Positions 7,657-15,386 of a DNA stretch of 42,158 bases are shown here, piece by piece. The DNA is from a virus (Duplodnaviria; Caudoviricetes): the IMG/VR virus record IMGVR_UViG_3300033493_000003, positions 1 through 42,158 of that record; one strand, 5' to 3'. Within the stretch, counting starts at the first letter, position 1. Every line of letters starts with the position of its first letter. Position numbers and translations under genes: made by a program. The notes beneath the pieces are model-generated. The model did no database searches, was not told the DNA's origin, and saw only the letters and a program-made list of their open reading frames with translations.

Positions 7657-7750
7657 TTATAACAACTGGGTCAACCAGACGGCGGGGAGCAGCGTTGCGC
7701 TAATCGCGTCGTAGTTCAGTGGCCGCCGCTGGTTACCCTGGGCGTTGGGC
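7657..7750 (+). mobile_element. attC: attC7
   Basis: TTATAAC-AACTG-GGT(C)AACCAG(A)CGGCGG...CCGCCGCTGGTTACC-CTGGGC-GTTGGGC. Confidence 0.92.
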
Positions 7751-7971
7751 GCGGTTGTGGGCCGCGCAAAGTACGCGCAATGCTCTTTCAGTTCGGCTTT
7801 GCGCGAGATATTCCCGCCGCGGGTAGATGGCGCGCTTCGGCCAATCCAGTACATCGAGGCAGGTAGTTTCGGAATCTTCCACGGGTATTTACAGTGGCCG
7901 CCCCCGGAGGGATGGAGCTTCCCGGCTTCGGTTCGCTTCCAATCGGCATGCTTGCAGTTCAGCCCCCGCGC
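7657..7971 (-). pseudogene. 5'-truncated Cys-containing phage gene, cassette 8
   Basis: Open frame LNCKHADWKRTEAGKLHPSGGGHCKYPWK... lacks a start/SD and abuts a half attC; C-terminus runs through attC7. Confidence 0.5.
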
Positions 7972-7990
7972 TTAAAACGAAGGGTTAGGC
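7966..7990 (+). mobile_element. attC: attC right-arm remnant
   Basis: CCGCGCTTAAAACGAAGG-GTTAGGC; left arm and expected GCCCAAC absent. Confidence 0.5.
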
Positions 7991-8184
7991 GCGGTGGATC
8001 GAAGATCGTGTGGCATAATTACCCCTTCAGTAGTGTCTCCGCCGCCGTTCCAAACTGCTTTATACCCCCCTAGACTTCGTGACTTACTCCCATCCCCAAG
8101 CCACAGGCCGCATTTTTTGCATTCCACCCCGAATCCTTTGTCTGTCGGCTCACCGCCACACAGCCTGCAAGGCCCTAGTATCAT
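7972..8184 (-). CDS. Small zinc-finger protein, Lar (restriction alleviation)-like
   Basis: PCRLCGGEP...VECKKCG...AVWN pattern; ATGA overlap with helicase stop. Confidence 0.6.
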   Translation of the reverse strand: MILGPCRLCGGEPTDKGFGVECKKCGLWLGDGSKSRSLGGYKAVWNGGGDTTEGVIMPHDLRSTAPNPSF

Positions 8185-9824
8185 CCCATAGCCCCCCGTA
8201 TTTTTTGCGTCAATCTTTCCGCTTCCGGCCTTCCCAGAGTCTGTGCGGTCAGTACGTCAACCCCAAACTCCCGGTAAAACCGTTGATAGCTCTCTGAGTC
8301 AGGCCGCCCCTCGTGCCGCTGCCATCCGGCCCACAAAGCAATAGTCCCCCGTAACTCGGCTTGAGCTTCTTGCCGCAACCTGTGTTGCTTGGCAGCTCCC
8401 ATAGCCGCCGCAGGTGGAGCGCCAGCCATCTGCATTTTCTGGCGGATCACTGCCGGGTGCTCGTCCACCCTGGCTACCCCACCCCGCATCGAGGCCAGGG
8501 TAGCGGGGTCTAACTCGGTCAGGTCCCCATCCACGAATTCTGGTCGGGATCGGTCGGCGATTACCCGCATAGCCCCACAGTACGGGCATAGTTTGTCATA
8601 CGCCGAATAGATCCCGGTGCATGATGTGCACACCCTGAGCGGGGGGCCGGTCTGCTCGCCACCCCCCGACCGTTTTTCCTTGGCGTCCAAGGTCCACTGT
8701 CGGGGGGAGTCAGGAAGGCCGTGCCGCATTACGTTTCCGACGTGGTCAATAATAATCGCGTGGGTTTTCCCCGGCATTGGGCGTAGACCTCTACCAAACT
8801 GCTGAACGTACAGGCCATAGCTGAATGTCGGTCGGGCAAAACTGACAACCGAGATGGCGGGGAGGTCGAACCCCTCCCCGAATATGTCAACGTTTACCAG
8901 CTCCTTAACGTCCCCCCGCCGCAGTCTACGGACGGCCTCGGCCCGCACCGGATCGGCAGTTTTAGCGCTAACCACCTCAGCTGGAACGCCAGCCGCCCTG
9001 AATGCCCCGGCCACGTCCGCGCCGATCTCCACAGAGGGGACGAACGTTACCCCTAGCTGCCCGGGGGCTATCCGCAGGTAATGGTCTACCACGTCGCCGA
9101 TTACACGGGACTTACGCACCCTGTCTACAACCTGTGGCTGCGTGTAATCCCCGGTAGATCCGACAGTTACCCCGGACAGATCCAGCCCGGACGGTGGGGC
9201 GAAAATTCGGTAATCCGTCAGGTACCCCGCGTTTATCAGGTCGCGGGGCGACGGCCCAACGATCATCCGGTCTACCACCCCGTCGGAATGCCGACCTAGC
9301 CCCCGACCATCTGATCGGCATGGAGTGGCGGTCACAAGTAGGCCACGGGCATTTGGGAACAGGGAAACGGCCTTCCCCCATTTATTACCCCTCAGGCAGT
9401 GGTGCCCCTCGTCCAGCACCCAAAGCCCAACCCTGCCGCACCAGTCTTTTAGGGCATCACCACGACTGATCAAAGTATCCACACTCGCCACCATGCACCG
9501 GCTGCCTGGGCGATAATAGGACTCTCCGTGCTCCAGTATGTGCTGAGAAACTATCCATCTGACTGTACTATCCGGGGCTAGGCAAAAATGCTGGACGCCC
9601 CTTTTATTGAGCGCCAACGATATTTGACTGACCAACTCTTTGCGGTGGGCGATGGCACAAGTACGCCCCGTATCCTCCGAGATCAGTCCAGTAAATAGTA
9701 CGGTCTTACCGGCCCCGGTACCCAGCACCGCCATTACGTTCTGCGCCCCACTCGCCCACGCCGACAAAATGTCGGATCGCATGTCGATTTGATACTGACG
9801 GGGGGTGAAATTTCTTGTTGACAT
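8181..9824 (-). CDS. SF2 DEAD/DEAH-type DNA helicase with C-terminal zinc finger
   Basis: PRQYQ, GTGAGKT, DEGHH, TATP, EGFDLP, QQFGRGLR, CxxC...CPYC; start re-called at ATG 9824. Confidence 0.9.
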   Translation of the reverse strand: MSTRNFTPRQYQIDMRSDILSAWASGAQNVMAVLGTGAGKTVLFTGLISEDTGRTCAIAHRKELVSQISLALNKRGVQHFCLAPDSTVRWIVSQHILEHGESYYRPGSRCMVASVDTLISRGDALKDWCGRVGLWVLDEGHHCLRGNKWGKAVSLFPNARGLLVTATPCRSDGRGLGRHSDGVVDRMIVGPSPRDLINAGYLTDYRIFAPPSGLDLSGVTVGSTGDYTQPQVVDRVRKSRVIGDVVDHYLRIAPGQLGVTFVPSVEIGADVAGAFRAAGVPAEVVSAKTADPVRAEAVRRLRRGDVKELVNVDIFGEGFDLPAISVVSFARPTFSYGLYVQQFGRGLRPMPGKTHAIIIDHVGNVMRHGLPDSPRQWTLDAKEKRSGGGEQTGPPLRVCTSCTGIYSAYDKLCPYCGAMRVIADRSRPEFVDGDLTELDPATLASMRGGVARVDEHPAVIRQKMQMAGAPPAAAMGAAKQHRLRQEAQAELRGTIALWAGWQRHEGRPDSESYQRFYREFGVDVLTAQTLGRPEAERLTQKIRGAMG

Positions 9825-9859
9825 AACCGTCAATAGCATGATACGGTGGGTCATGTCAA
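9818..9859. promoter_or_regulatory. Overlapping divergent promoters with TTGAC-N6-GTCAA palindrome
   Basis: TTGACA on + (9818-9823) and on - (9859-9854); palindrome 9818-9833. Confidence 0.6.
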
Positions 9860-9900
9860 GCAGATTTTTATACACCCAAACTGAAGGAGGTACGAGAAAA

Positions 9901-10479
9901 ATGCTGCAAAAATTTTTTGAAGACGTAGCCAGGATCGCCGACGCGCTGGAGATCATGGCAGGGGGCGTAATCGCCGAGTCATCGGAGACGGCGGGGGAAC
10001 CCGAAGCCCAACAGCCCCCCGAAGGCTTAGTAGACGCGGACGGCTTGCCGTGGGATGCCAGGATCCACAGCAGCAACCGCAAACTGGCCGCGTCCGGCAA
10101 ATGGTGCCGTAGGAAAAACGTAGCCGACGGTATGTATAATCGTATCATGGGGGAGATACTGGCGGCCCAGGAGGCCCCGGCTCCGCCCCCCGCCCAGGAG
10201 GCCCCGGCTCCGCCCCCCGCCCAGGAGGCCCCGGCTCCGCCCCCCGCCCAGGAGGCCCCGGCTCCGCCCCCCGCTATTGTTCCACCCGGATCTCCGGGCT
10301 CCGGGTTAACTTTCCCAGAGGTCATAAAACGGATAACTACCGCAGGATACACGGCACGCCAGCCGGACACCATCACCCCATTTTTGACCCCGCTCGGGGT
10401 CCCCACCCTCCCTGTGCTGGCCAGCAAGCCCGAGTTGTGGCCACAGGTGCTCAAAGCGATGGGGTTACCCCATGAATAG
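9901..10479 (+). CDS. Hypothetical replication-module protein with Pro/Ala repeat
   Basis: GGAGGT SD; DADGLPWDARIHSS motif; (AQEAPAPPP)x4. Confidence 0.8.
   Translation: MLQKFFEDVARIADALEIMAGGVIAESSETAGEPEAQQPPEGLVDADGLPWDARIHSSNRKLAASGKWCRRKNVADGMYNRIMGEILAAQEAPAPPPAQEAPAPPPAQEAPAPPPAQEAPAPPPAIVPPGSPGSGLTFPEVIKRITTAGYTARQPDTITPFLTPLGVPTLPVLASKPELWPQVLKAMGLPHE
10165..10272 (+). repeat. 27-bp tandem repeat x4
   Basis: GCCCAGGAGGCCCCGGCTCCGCCCCCC, perfect copies. Confidence 0.95.
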
Positions 10480-11602
10480 CCATGCGAGATTATCTCCATC
10501 GTCCGCCGGGCAGTGGATACACTGCCCGGGGTCGGTGCAACTACAAGAGCGATACCCCGACCAATCGGACGGGGAGAGCGCCAGAGATGGCAATACCGCC
10601 CATTCACTGGCAAAGGGGGCGCTGGAGTATGGCTTTACCGATGTCAGGCTGTATCATGAGTCTGGCCTGTTTACCGGCGGTTCTGTAGACGATGACATGC
10701 TGTCCGCCGTCCAGATGTATATCGACGCGGTCATGACCGGTCATGGAAGGATGGCGTCAAAACTCCGGGTAGAGGAAAGGGTTGACTGCTCCGCCATACA
10801 CCGGGATTGCTGGGGGACTCCAGATGCATGGTACTACGACTCCAGGGAGGATTCATACCACGTGTATGACCTAAAATATGGCTGGGGATTGGTGGACGTA
10901 ACGCGTAATTGGCAGTTGATGCTCTACGCAATCGGCCTCCTTAGCTCCTCATCCGCCGGTGGGTCGGTGCATCTAACCATCGTACAACCCCGCCCGTGGC
11001 ATCCTGACGGACCGGTCCGCACCTGGATGCTTAGCCGAGACCAGCTGATGGGATACGCCGACCACGCCCGGTCATCGGCCATAGCCGCCCTGTCAGACCT
11101 CCCGCTATGCACCACCGGTGCATGGTGTAAGCACTGCTCCGCTCTAGTCCAATGCCACGCTGCCCAGCGTATGTGGCCAACGATCCTCGATCTGTCGGAG
11201 TCGATCAGCGCCGATATCACCCATCCTGATCAACTGGCGTTTGAACTGCGCTTGCTCCGTCGGGCAGAAGAGGCGATAAAGCATAGGTTGTCGGCGGTAG
11301 AGTCTACAGCGATCGTTCTGATCACGGAGGGTCGAGAGATCCCAGGTTGGCAGTTAGGACGCACCGCCGGGAAAACGGTTTGGACCGCCGGCCCCGACGA
11401 TATTAGGGCGCTGGCGGGTATGTACGGGGCGGTAGTGGATAAACCGCCGGAGCTGGTCACACCCACTCAGGCTATCAAGGCCGGGCTCCCTAAGGAGCTG
11501 GTGGCCGAGTACACGGAAAAAAAGCCGGGCGCTGTACGTTTGGAGCCCATTAACCCAGATAAACCAACCGCTAAGGAGATTTTTGAAAATGCTGAAGGAT
11601 GA
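10472..11602 (+). CDS. DUF2800 / Cas4-like PD-(D/E)XK exonuclease
   Basis: HARLSPSS..W..CPGS, GTPD, DLKYG, WQLMLYA, WCKHC...C. Confidence 0.85.
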   Translation: MNSHARLSPSSAGQWIHCPGSVQLQERYPDQSDGESARDGNTAHSLAKGALEYGFTDVRLYHESGLFTGGSVDDDMLSAVQMYIDAVMTGHGRMASKLRVEERVDCSAIHRDCWGTPDAWYYDSREDSYHVYDLKYGWGLVDVTRNWQLMLYAIGLLSSSSAGGSVHLTIVQPRPWHPDGPVRTWMLSRDQLMGYADHARSSAIAALSDLPLCTTGAWCKHCSALVQCHAAQRMWPTILDLSESISADITHPDQLAFELRLLRRAEEAIKHRLSAVESTAIVLITEGREIPGWQLGRTAGKTVWTAGPDDIRALAGMYGAVVDKPPELVTPTQAIKAGLPKELVAEYTEKKPGAVRLEPINPDKPTAKEIFENAEG

Positions 11603-12446
11603 CAAGGTAATTATTTTCGGGGCCGTCCTGTTATGGGACGGTATCAACAGGCCCGAGGAGATGGATGGAGAGAAGGGCGGGCTCAAGTTCAATGTGAAAT
11701 GCGCGATCCCCAATACCGCGCCAGAGGTCCAAGAGCTCCAAGCCCTCGGAACGAAAGAGCTGAACGAGGGCCAGTTTAGGGGTAAATTCCCCCCCGGCGG
11801 CCATTGGGTCTGTAAGGCGGTAGATCCCGCGAAGTATGAAGGGGCGCTCCCGGCGCACGTCGAATTTACTGCGGTCACATACCAGTATTTTGAATCGGCG
11901 TTTCTATCATCTGGCAACCAGCCTCTGAAGCGAGAGCAGATGGCTAACCTGTTGTATCCTGGGTGCATTGTTGACGTCATTGTTTCCGCCCGGTCTTACG
12001 ACAACAAGTCGAAGGGTGTCGGCCTGTGGCTCAATGGTCTGCGCGTCGTGGACTCCAGCAGGCCCAAGCTCCCTGGGTGCGGCGGGGTTGACGCGGCAAA
12101 GATGTTTGGAGTTCCGGCAGGGCCTAATGGCGAAAAGACCTTCCCTCACCCGCCGTCCGCCGCTGGTGGTCCGCCGCCCGCCGCTGGTGGTCCGCCGCCC
12201 GCCGCTGGTGGTCCGCCGCCCGCCGCTGGTGGTCCGCCGCCCGCCGCTGGTGGTCCGCCGCCCGCCGCTGGTGGTCCGCCAATGCCTCCGGGGGTACAGC
12301 CCGCCCCCGATTTTCTCAATCCTCCCGCGCGTCAGATGACCGCCAAATGCGCGGGCCATACATACGCCCAGATGCTGGCGGCCGGCTGGACTGACGCGCT
12401 CCTTATCCAGCACGGTATGATGATTGAGGGGGATGTCCCGCTATGA
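11589..12446 (+). CDS. DUF2815-like single-stranded DNA-binding protein with Pro/Gly-rich tail
   Basis: LYPGC...YDNKSKGVGLWLNGL; position between DUF2800 and PolA. Confidence 0.75.
   Translation: MLKDDKVIIFGAVLLWDGINRPEEMDGEKGGLKFNVKCAIPNTAPEVQELQALGTKELNEGQFRGKFPPGGHWVCKAVDPAKYEGALPAHVEFTAVTYQYFESAFLSSGNQPLKREQMANLLYPGCIVDVIVSARSYDNKSKGVGLWLNGLRVVDSSRPKLPGCGGVDAAKMFGVPAGPNGEKTFPHPPSAAGGPPPAAGGPPPAAGGPPPAAGGPPPAAGGPPPAAGGPPMPPGVQPAPDFLNPPARQMTAKCAGHTYAQMLAAGWTDALLIQHGMMIEGDVPL
12159..12281 (+). repeat. 21-bp tandem repeat, ~6 copies (AAGGPPP)
   Basis: GCCGCTGGTGGTCCGCCGCCC units. Confidence 0.95.
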
Positions 12447-12646
12447 CGATCACGCCGCACGAGCAGTATATCAATTCCTTGATCCCATACGCTGAACTGG
12501 ACGCCGATAAAGCAGTAAAAGGTAAGCCCCGCATGGAGAAAAGACGCGGAAAACACGGGGTATGGTACAACCATTGCCACTGGACAACGGCGTTCCACGC
12601 CGCCATGAACAAACTCACCAGAGAGAGGGGGCTCAGGAGCATATGA
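12443..12646 (+). CDS. Hypothetical protein
   Basis: ATGA coupling at both ends. Confidence 0.7.
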   Translation: MTITPHEQYINSLIPYAELDADKAVKGKPRMEKRRGKHGVWYNHCHWTTAFHAAMNKLTRERGLRSI

Positions 12647-12981
12647 CGCCTGAACGATTTAAGATGTTGGTAGAGGGCCGCTTAGACCACTGCCTGGAGG
12701 TGCTGACCGCCAAGGGCCATGAATATAGCCGAGATGGGGACCGCCTACATAATTTCAAGACCGCCGCCAGAAAGCGCGGGGTAGCCCCGGAAGAAGCTCT
12801 GCTCGGGATGATGGTTAAACACGAGGTGTCGATTGAAGACATCGCGCGCGATGCCGGGCGTGGGGTATACGCGAGCAAAGATGTGCTGGCGGAAAAGATA
12901 GGTGACGCAATCAACTATCTATTACTGCTGGAGGGGCTGTTGGTAGAACGGGTGGAGGCGCTTCCACAACAGAAACCGTAA
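12643..12981 (+). CDS. All-alpha NTP-pyrophosphatase-like / nucleotide-modification-associated (DUF1599-like) protein
   Basis: KGHEY...DRLHNFK...EKIGDAINYLLLL; start re-called at ATG 12643. Confidence 0.6.
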   Translation: MTPERFKMLVEGRLDHCLEVLTAKGHEYSRDGDRLHNFKTAARKRGVAPEEALLGMMVKHEVSIEDIARDAGRGVYASKDVLAEKIGDAINYLLLLEGLLVERVEALPQQKP

Positions 12982-13009
12982 GCCCCGCAAGTCTGCAACC
13001 ATCATCCCA

Positions 13010-13044
13010 CCCCGCCCCGGCCCCCCCCGGTAAGCGGGGTTTTT
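13010..13044 (+). terminator. Putative intrinsic terminator before polA
   Basis: CCCCGC...GCGGGG stem followed by TTTTT. Confidence 0.5.
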
Positions 13045-13129
13045 GGGTGGGTGGATAGGCAATATGGGCCCTCACTCTTCAAACCGATGGGCGGGGCCAT
13101 CGGCAAAACCTCTATAGCGGGGGCACTTT

Positions 13130-15385
13130 ATGCACATCGATTTCGAAACCTATAGCGAGGCCGGGTATTACTGGGATGACAGCGCCAAACGGTGGACCCC
13201 GTTATCCAGCACAAAGCCGGGCATACAGGGTGTGGGGGCGTGGGTATACACCTCCCATCCGTCCGCCGAGTTGATCAGTCTGGCCTATGACGGCACCGTG
13301 TGGACACCCGGAATGCCCCCGCCGCAGGACCTGTTTGACCACCTAGCTGCCGGCGGCCTCCTGTGGGCCTGGAATTCGTTTTTCGAGTTCTGCGCCTGGA
13401 ACAACATCGGGTGTCGGCGGAACGGATGGCCCCGGCTCCCCTTGGAGAATCTCCGATGCGCAATGTCGAGAGCCAGGGCGTGGGGGCTCCCCGGCGCTCT
13501 TGAAAAAGCAGGCCACGCCCTGGAGCTGGACGATGCGTCGCTGAAAGATCCGATAGGGAAATCCCTCAAGCGCCGGTTGACTATCCCCCGTAGCCCCACG
13601 TCGTCACAGATATCGGCGGCGGTTGGCAGCCAGCAATCGTTCACCCCAACCGATCCCACCCCGCTCCAGCACATTAACCGGGTTACCCTCGACAAGGACC
13701 CCGTATCGTTCGGCCAGTTCTACGCCTACAATCTTCAGGACACCGTTTCTGAGGCAGCGATATGCGCCCTAACCCCACCGCTAACCCCGCATGAGGAGAA
13801 ACTGTGGCTGCTCGATCAGCGCATTAACGCCCGGGGAGTGCACATCGACCGTACCGCCTTAGAGGACTGCACAGCGATTTACCACCTGACAGAACGGCGG
13901 TACATCCAGGAGTTACGAGACCTAACCGCCGGGGCCGCCAGCTCAATCGGCGAATTGCAAAGGATTCAAGGATGGATGGCCGGCCGGGGGGTAGCCACAT
14001 CAACCATGGATGCGGACCAGGTAACGGCGCTTCTGGGCAGGGATGATCTGCCGGCGGATGTGCGACGCGTCCTAGAGATCCGTCAGGTGATTGGGTCCGC
14101 CAGCGTAAAAAAACTGTTTTCCATCGCCCGGCATATGGACCCGACCGACGACCGCATACGGGGAATATTCGCGTACTGCGGAGCGGAGCGCACAGGGCGT
14201 TTCGCCGGAATGGGTCCGCAGCCCCACAACATGCCGGCCAGCGGGCCGGATGTCAAGAAGTGCGGGTGCGGGTGCGTTCAGTGGGCTGGGCTGGCGCGCT
14301 GCCGGTCGTGCGGCAGCCAATCACAACTGAAGGACGCCGATTGGGGGGTAGAGGCCGTAGAACTCGCCCTAGGCGACATTTCCCCCCGCGACCTGTCGCA
14401 CGTCGAGCGAATGTGGGGCGACCCGCTGGGGGCCGTTTCTGGCTGCCTGCGGGGGCTGTTTACCGCCGTCGACGGTAAAGAACTAATCTGCTCCGACTAC
14501 TCAGCTATCGAGGCCGTCGTACTGGCGGCTCTGGCTGGGGAGGAGTGGCGGTTGGAAGTTTTCCGTACGCACGGCAAAATCTATGAGATGTCGGCCAGCA
14601 AAATTTCTGGTGTCCCGTTCGAAGAAATCATGGCCTACAAGCAAACGCACGGCCAGCACCACCCCCTGAGGAAGAAGATTGGCAAGGTCGCAGAATTAGC
14701 CTCAGGATATTCAGGGTGGGTAGGGGCTTGGAAGGCGTTTGGCGCTGACAAGTTCATGGACGACGCGGAGATAAAACGCTCGATCCTTAAATGGCGCGCT
14801 GAGTCCCCAGCTATCGTTGAGTTCTGGGGTGGCCAATACAGAAAGCACCCCGTGGCCTGGGAGTTCAAATCGGAACTGTTCGGCCTGGAAGGGTCGGCAG
14901 TGGCGGCCGTCCTCAATCCAGGCACCTGCTATGCATACCGATCGATTAGCTACGGGGTCAAGGATGATGTGCTCTACTGTCTGTTGCCCTCGGGCCGTAA
15001 GCTGGCGTACCACAAACCTCGACTCGCCCCCCGGTGGGACGAAATGCGCCAAGTAAATTACTACGAGCTATCATTTATGGGGTGGAACAGCAACCCGAAA
15101 AACGGGGCGATGGGTTGGATCAGAATGAACACATACTCCGGAAAACTGACTGAAAACGTAGTCCAAGCCGTGGCTAGAGATCTTCTCACCCACGCTATGC
15201 TCGGGCTTGAGGCCGCAGGATATCCGATCGTGCTGCACGTTCATGACGAGATTGTGGCCGAAGTCCCGGTAGGATACTGGTCAATCGAGCAGTTCGAGCA
15301 TATAATGAAAACCCCGCCGCCATGGGCTGAAGGGTGGCCAATCAAGGCGGCGGGAGGGTGGAGGGGGGTAAGATATCGGAAGTAA
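13130..15385 (+). CDS. polA: Family A DNA polymerase with 3'-5' exonuclease
   Basis: HIDFET; motif A DYSAIE; motif B RKKIGKVAELASGY; motif C HVHDEIV. Confidence 0.95.
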   Translation: MHIDFETYSEAGYYWDDSAKRWTPLSSTKPGIQGVGAWVYTSHPSAELISLAYDGTVWTPGMPPPQDLFDHLAAGGLLWAWNSFFEFCAWNNIGCRRNGWPRLPLENLRCAMSRARAWGLPGALEKAGHALELDDASLKDPIGKSLKRRLTIPRSPTSSQISAAVGSQQSFTPTDPTPLQHINRVTLDKDPVSFGQFYAYNLQDTVSEAAICALTPPLTPHEEKLWLLDQRINARGVHIDRTALEDCTAIYHLTERRYIQELRDLTAGAASSIGELQRIQGWMAGRGVATSTMDADQVTALLGRDDLPADVRRVLEIRQVIGSASVKKLFSIARHMDPTDDRIRGIFAYCGAERTGRFAGMGPQPHNMPASGPDVKKCGCGCVQWAGLARCRSCGSQSQLKDADWGVEAVELALGDISPRDLSHVERMWGDPLGAVSGCLRGLFTAVDGKELICSDYSAIEAVVLAALAGEEWRLEVFRTHGKIYEMSASKISGVPFEEIMAYKQTHGQHHPLRKKIGKVAELASGYSGWVGAWKAFGADKFMDDAEIKRSILKWRAESPAIVEFWGGQYRKHPVAWEFKSELFGLEGSAVAAVLNPGTCYAYRSISYGVKDDVLYCLLPSGRKLAYHKPRLAPRWDEMRQVNYYELSFMGWNSNPKNGAMGWIRMNTYSGKLTENVVQAVARDLLTHAMLGLEAAGYPIVLHVHDEIVAEVPVGYWSIEQFEHIMKTPPPWAEGWPIKAAGGWRGVRYRK

Positions 15386-15386
15386 A

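Larger units (their letters stand above)
4496..7990 (+). mobile_element. Integron-like gene cassette array 1 without integrase (CALIN-like), attC top strand = +
   Basis: Six intact attC, one damaged, two half-sites; cassette-start cores match their own R'' boxes in six cassettes. Confidence 0.9.

Noticed and set aside
4865-7750. Repeats as a CRISPR array or REP elements
   Set aside because: Units are ~86-94 bp, divergent, have attC box architecture and are separated by gene-sized segments; no cas operon
4876-7750. Host assignment from attC sequence type
   Set aside because: Cannot be supported without a database search; BLASTN of these attC against bacterial genomes would be decisive
9825-10613. 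N-terminal ~260 aa of the 810-aa helicase ORF
   Set aside because: Antisense shadow of the plus-strand gene 9901-10479; helicase motifs begin only after 9824
10472-11602. Cas4-like gene as part of a CRISPR system
   Set aside because: Sits in the usual DUF2800-DUF2815-PolA phage replication context with no array or cas1/cas2
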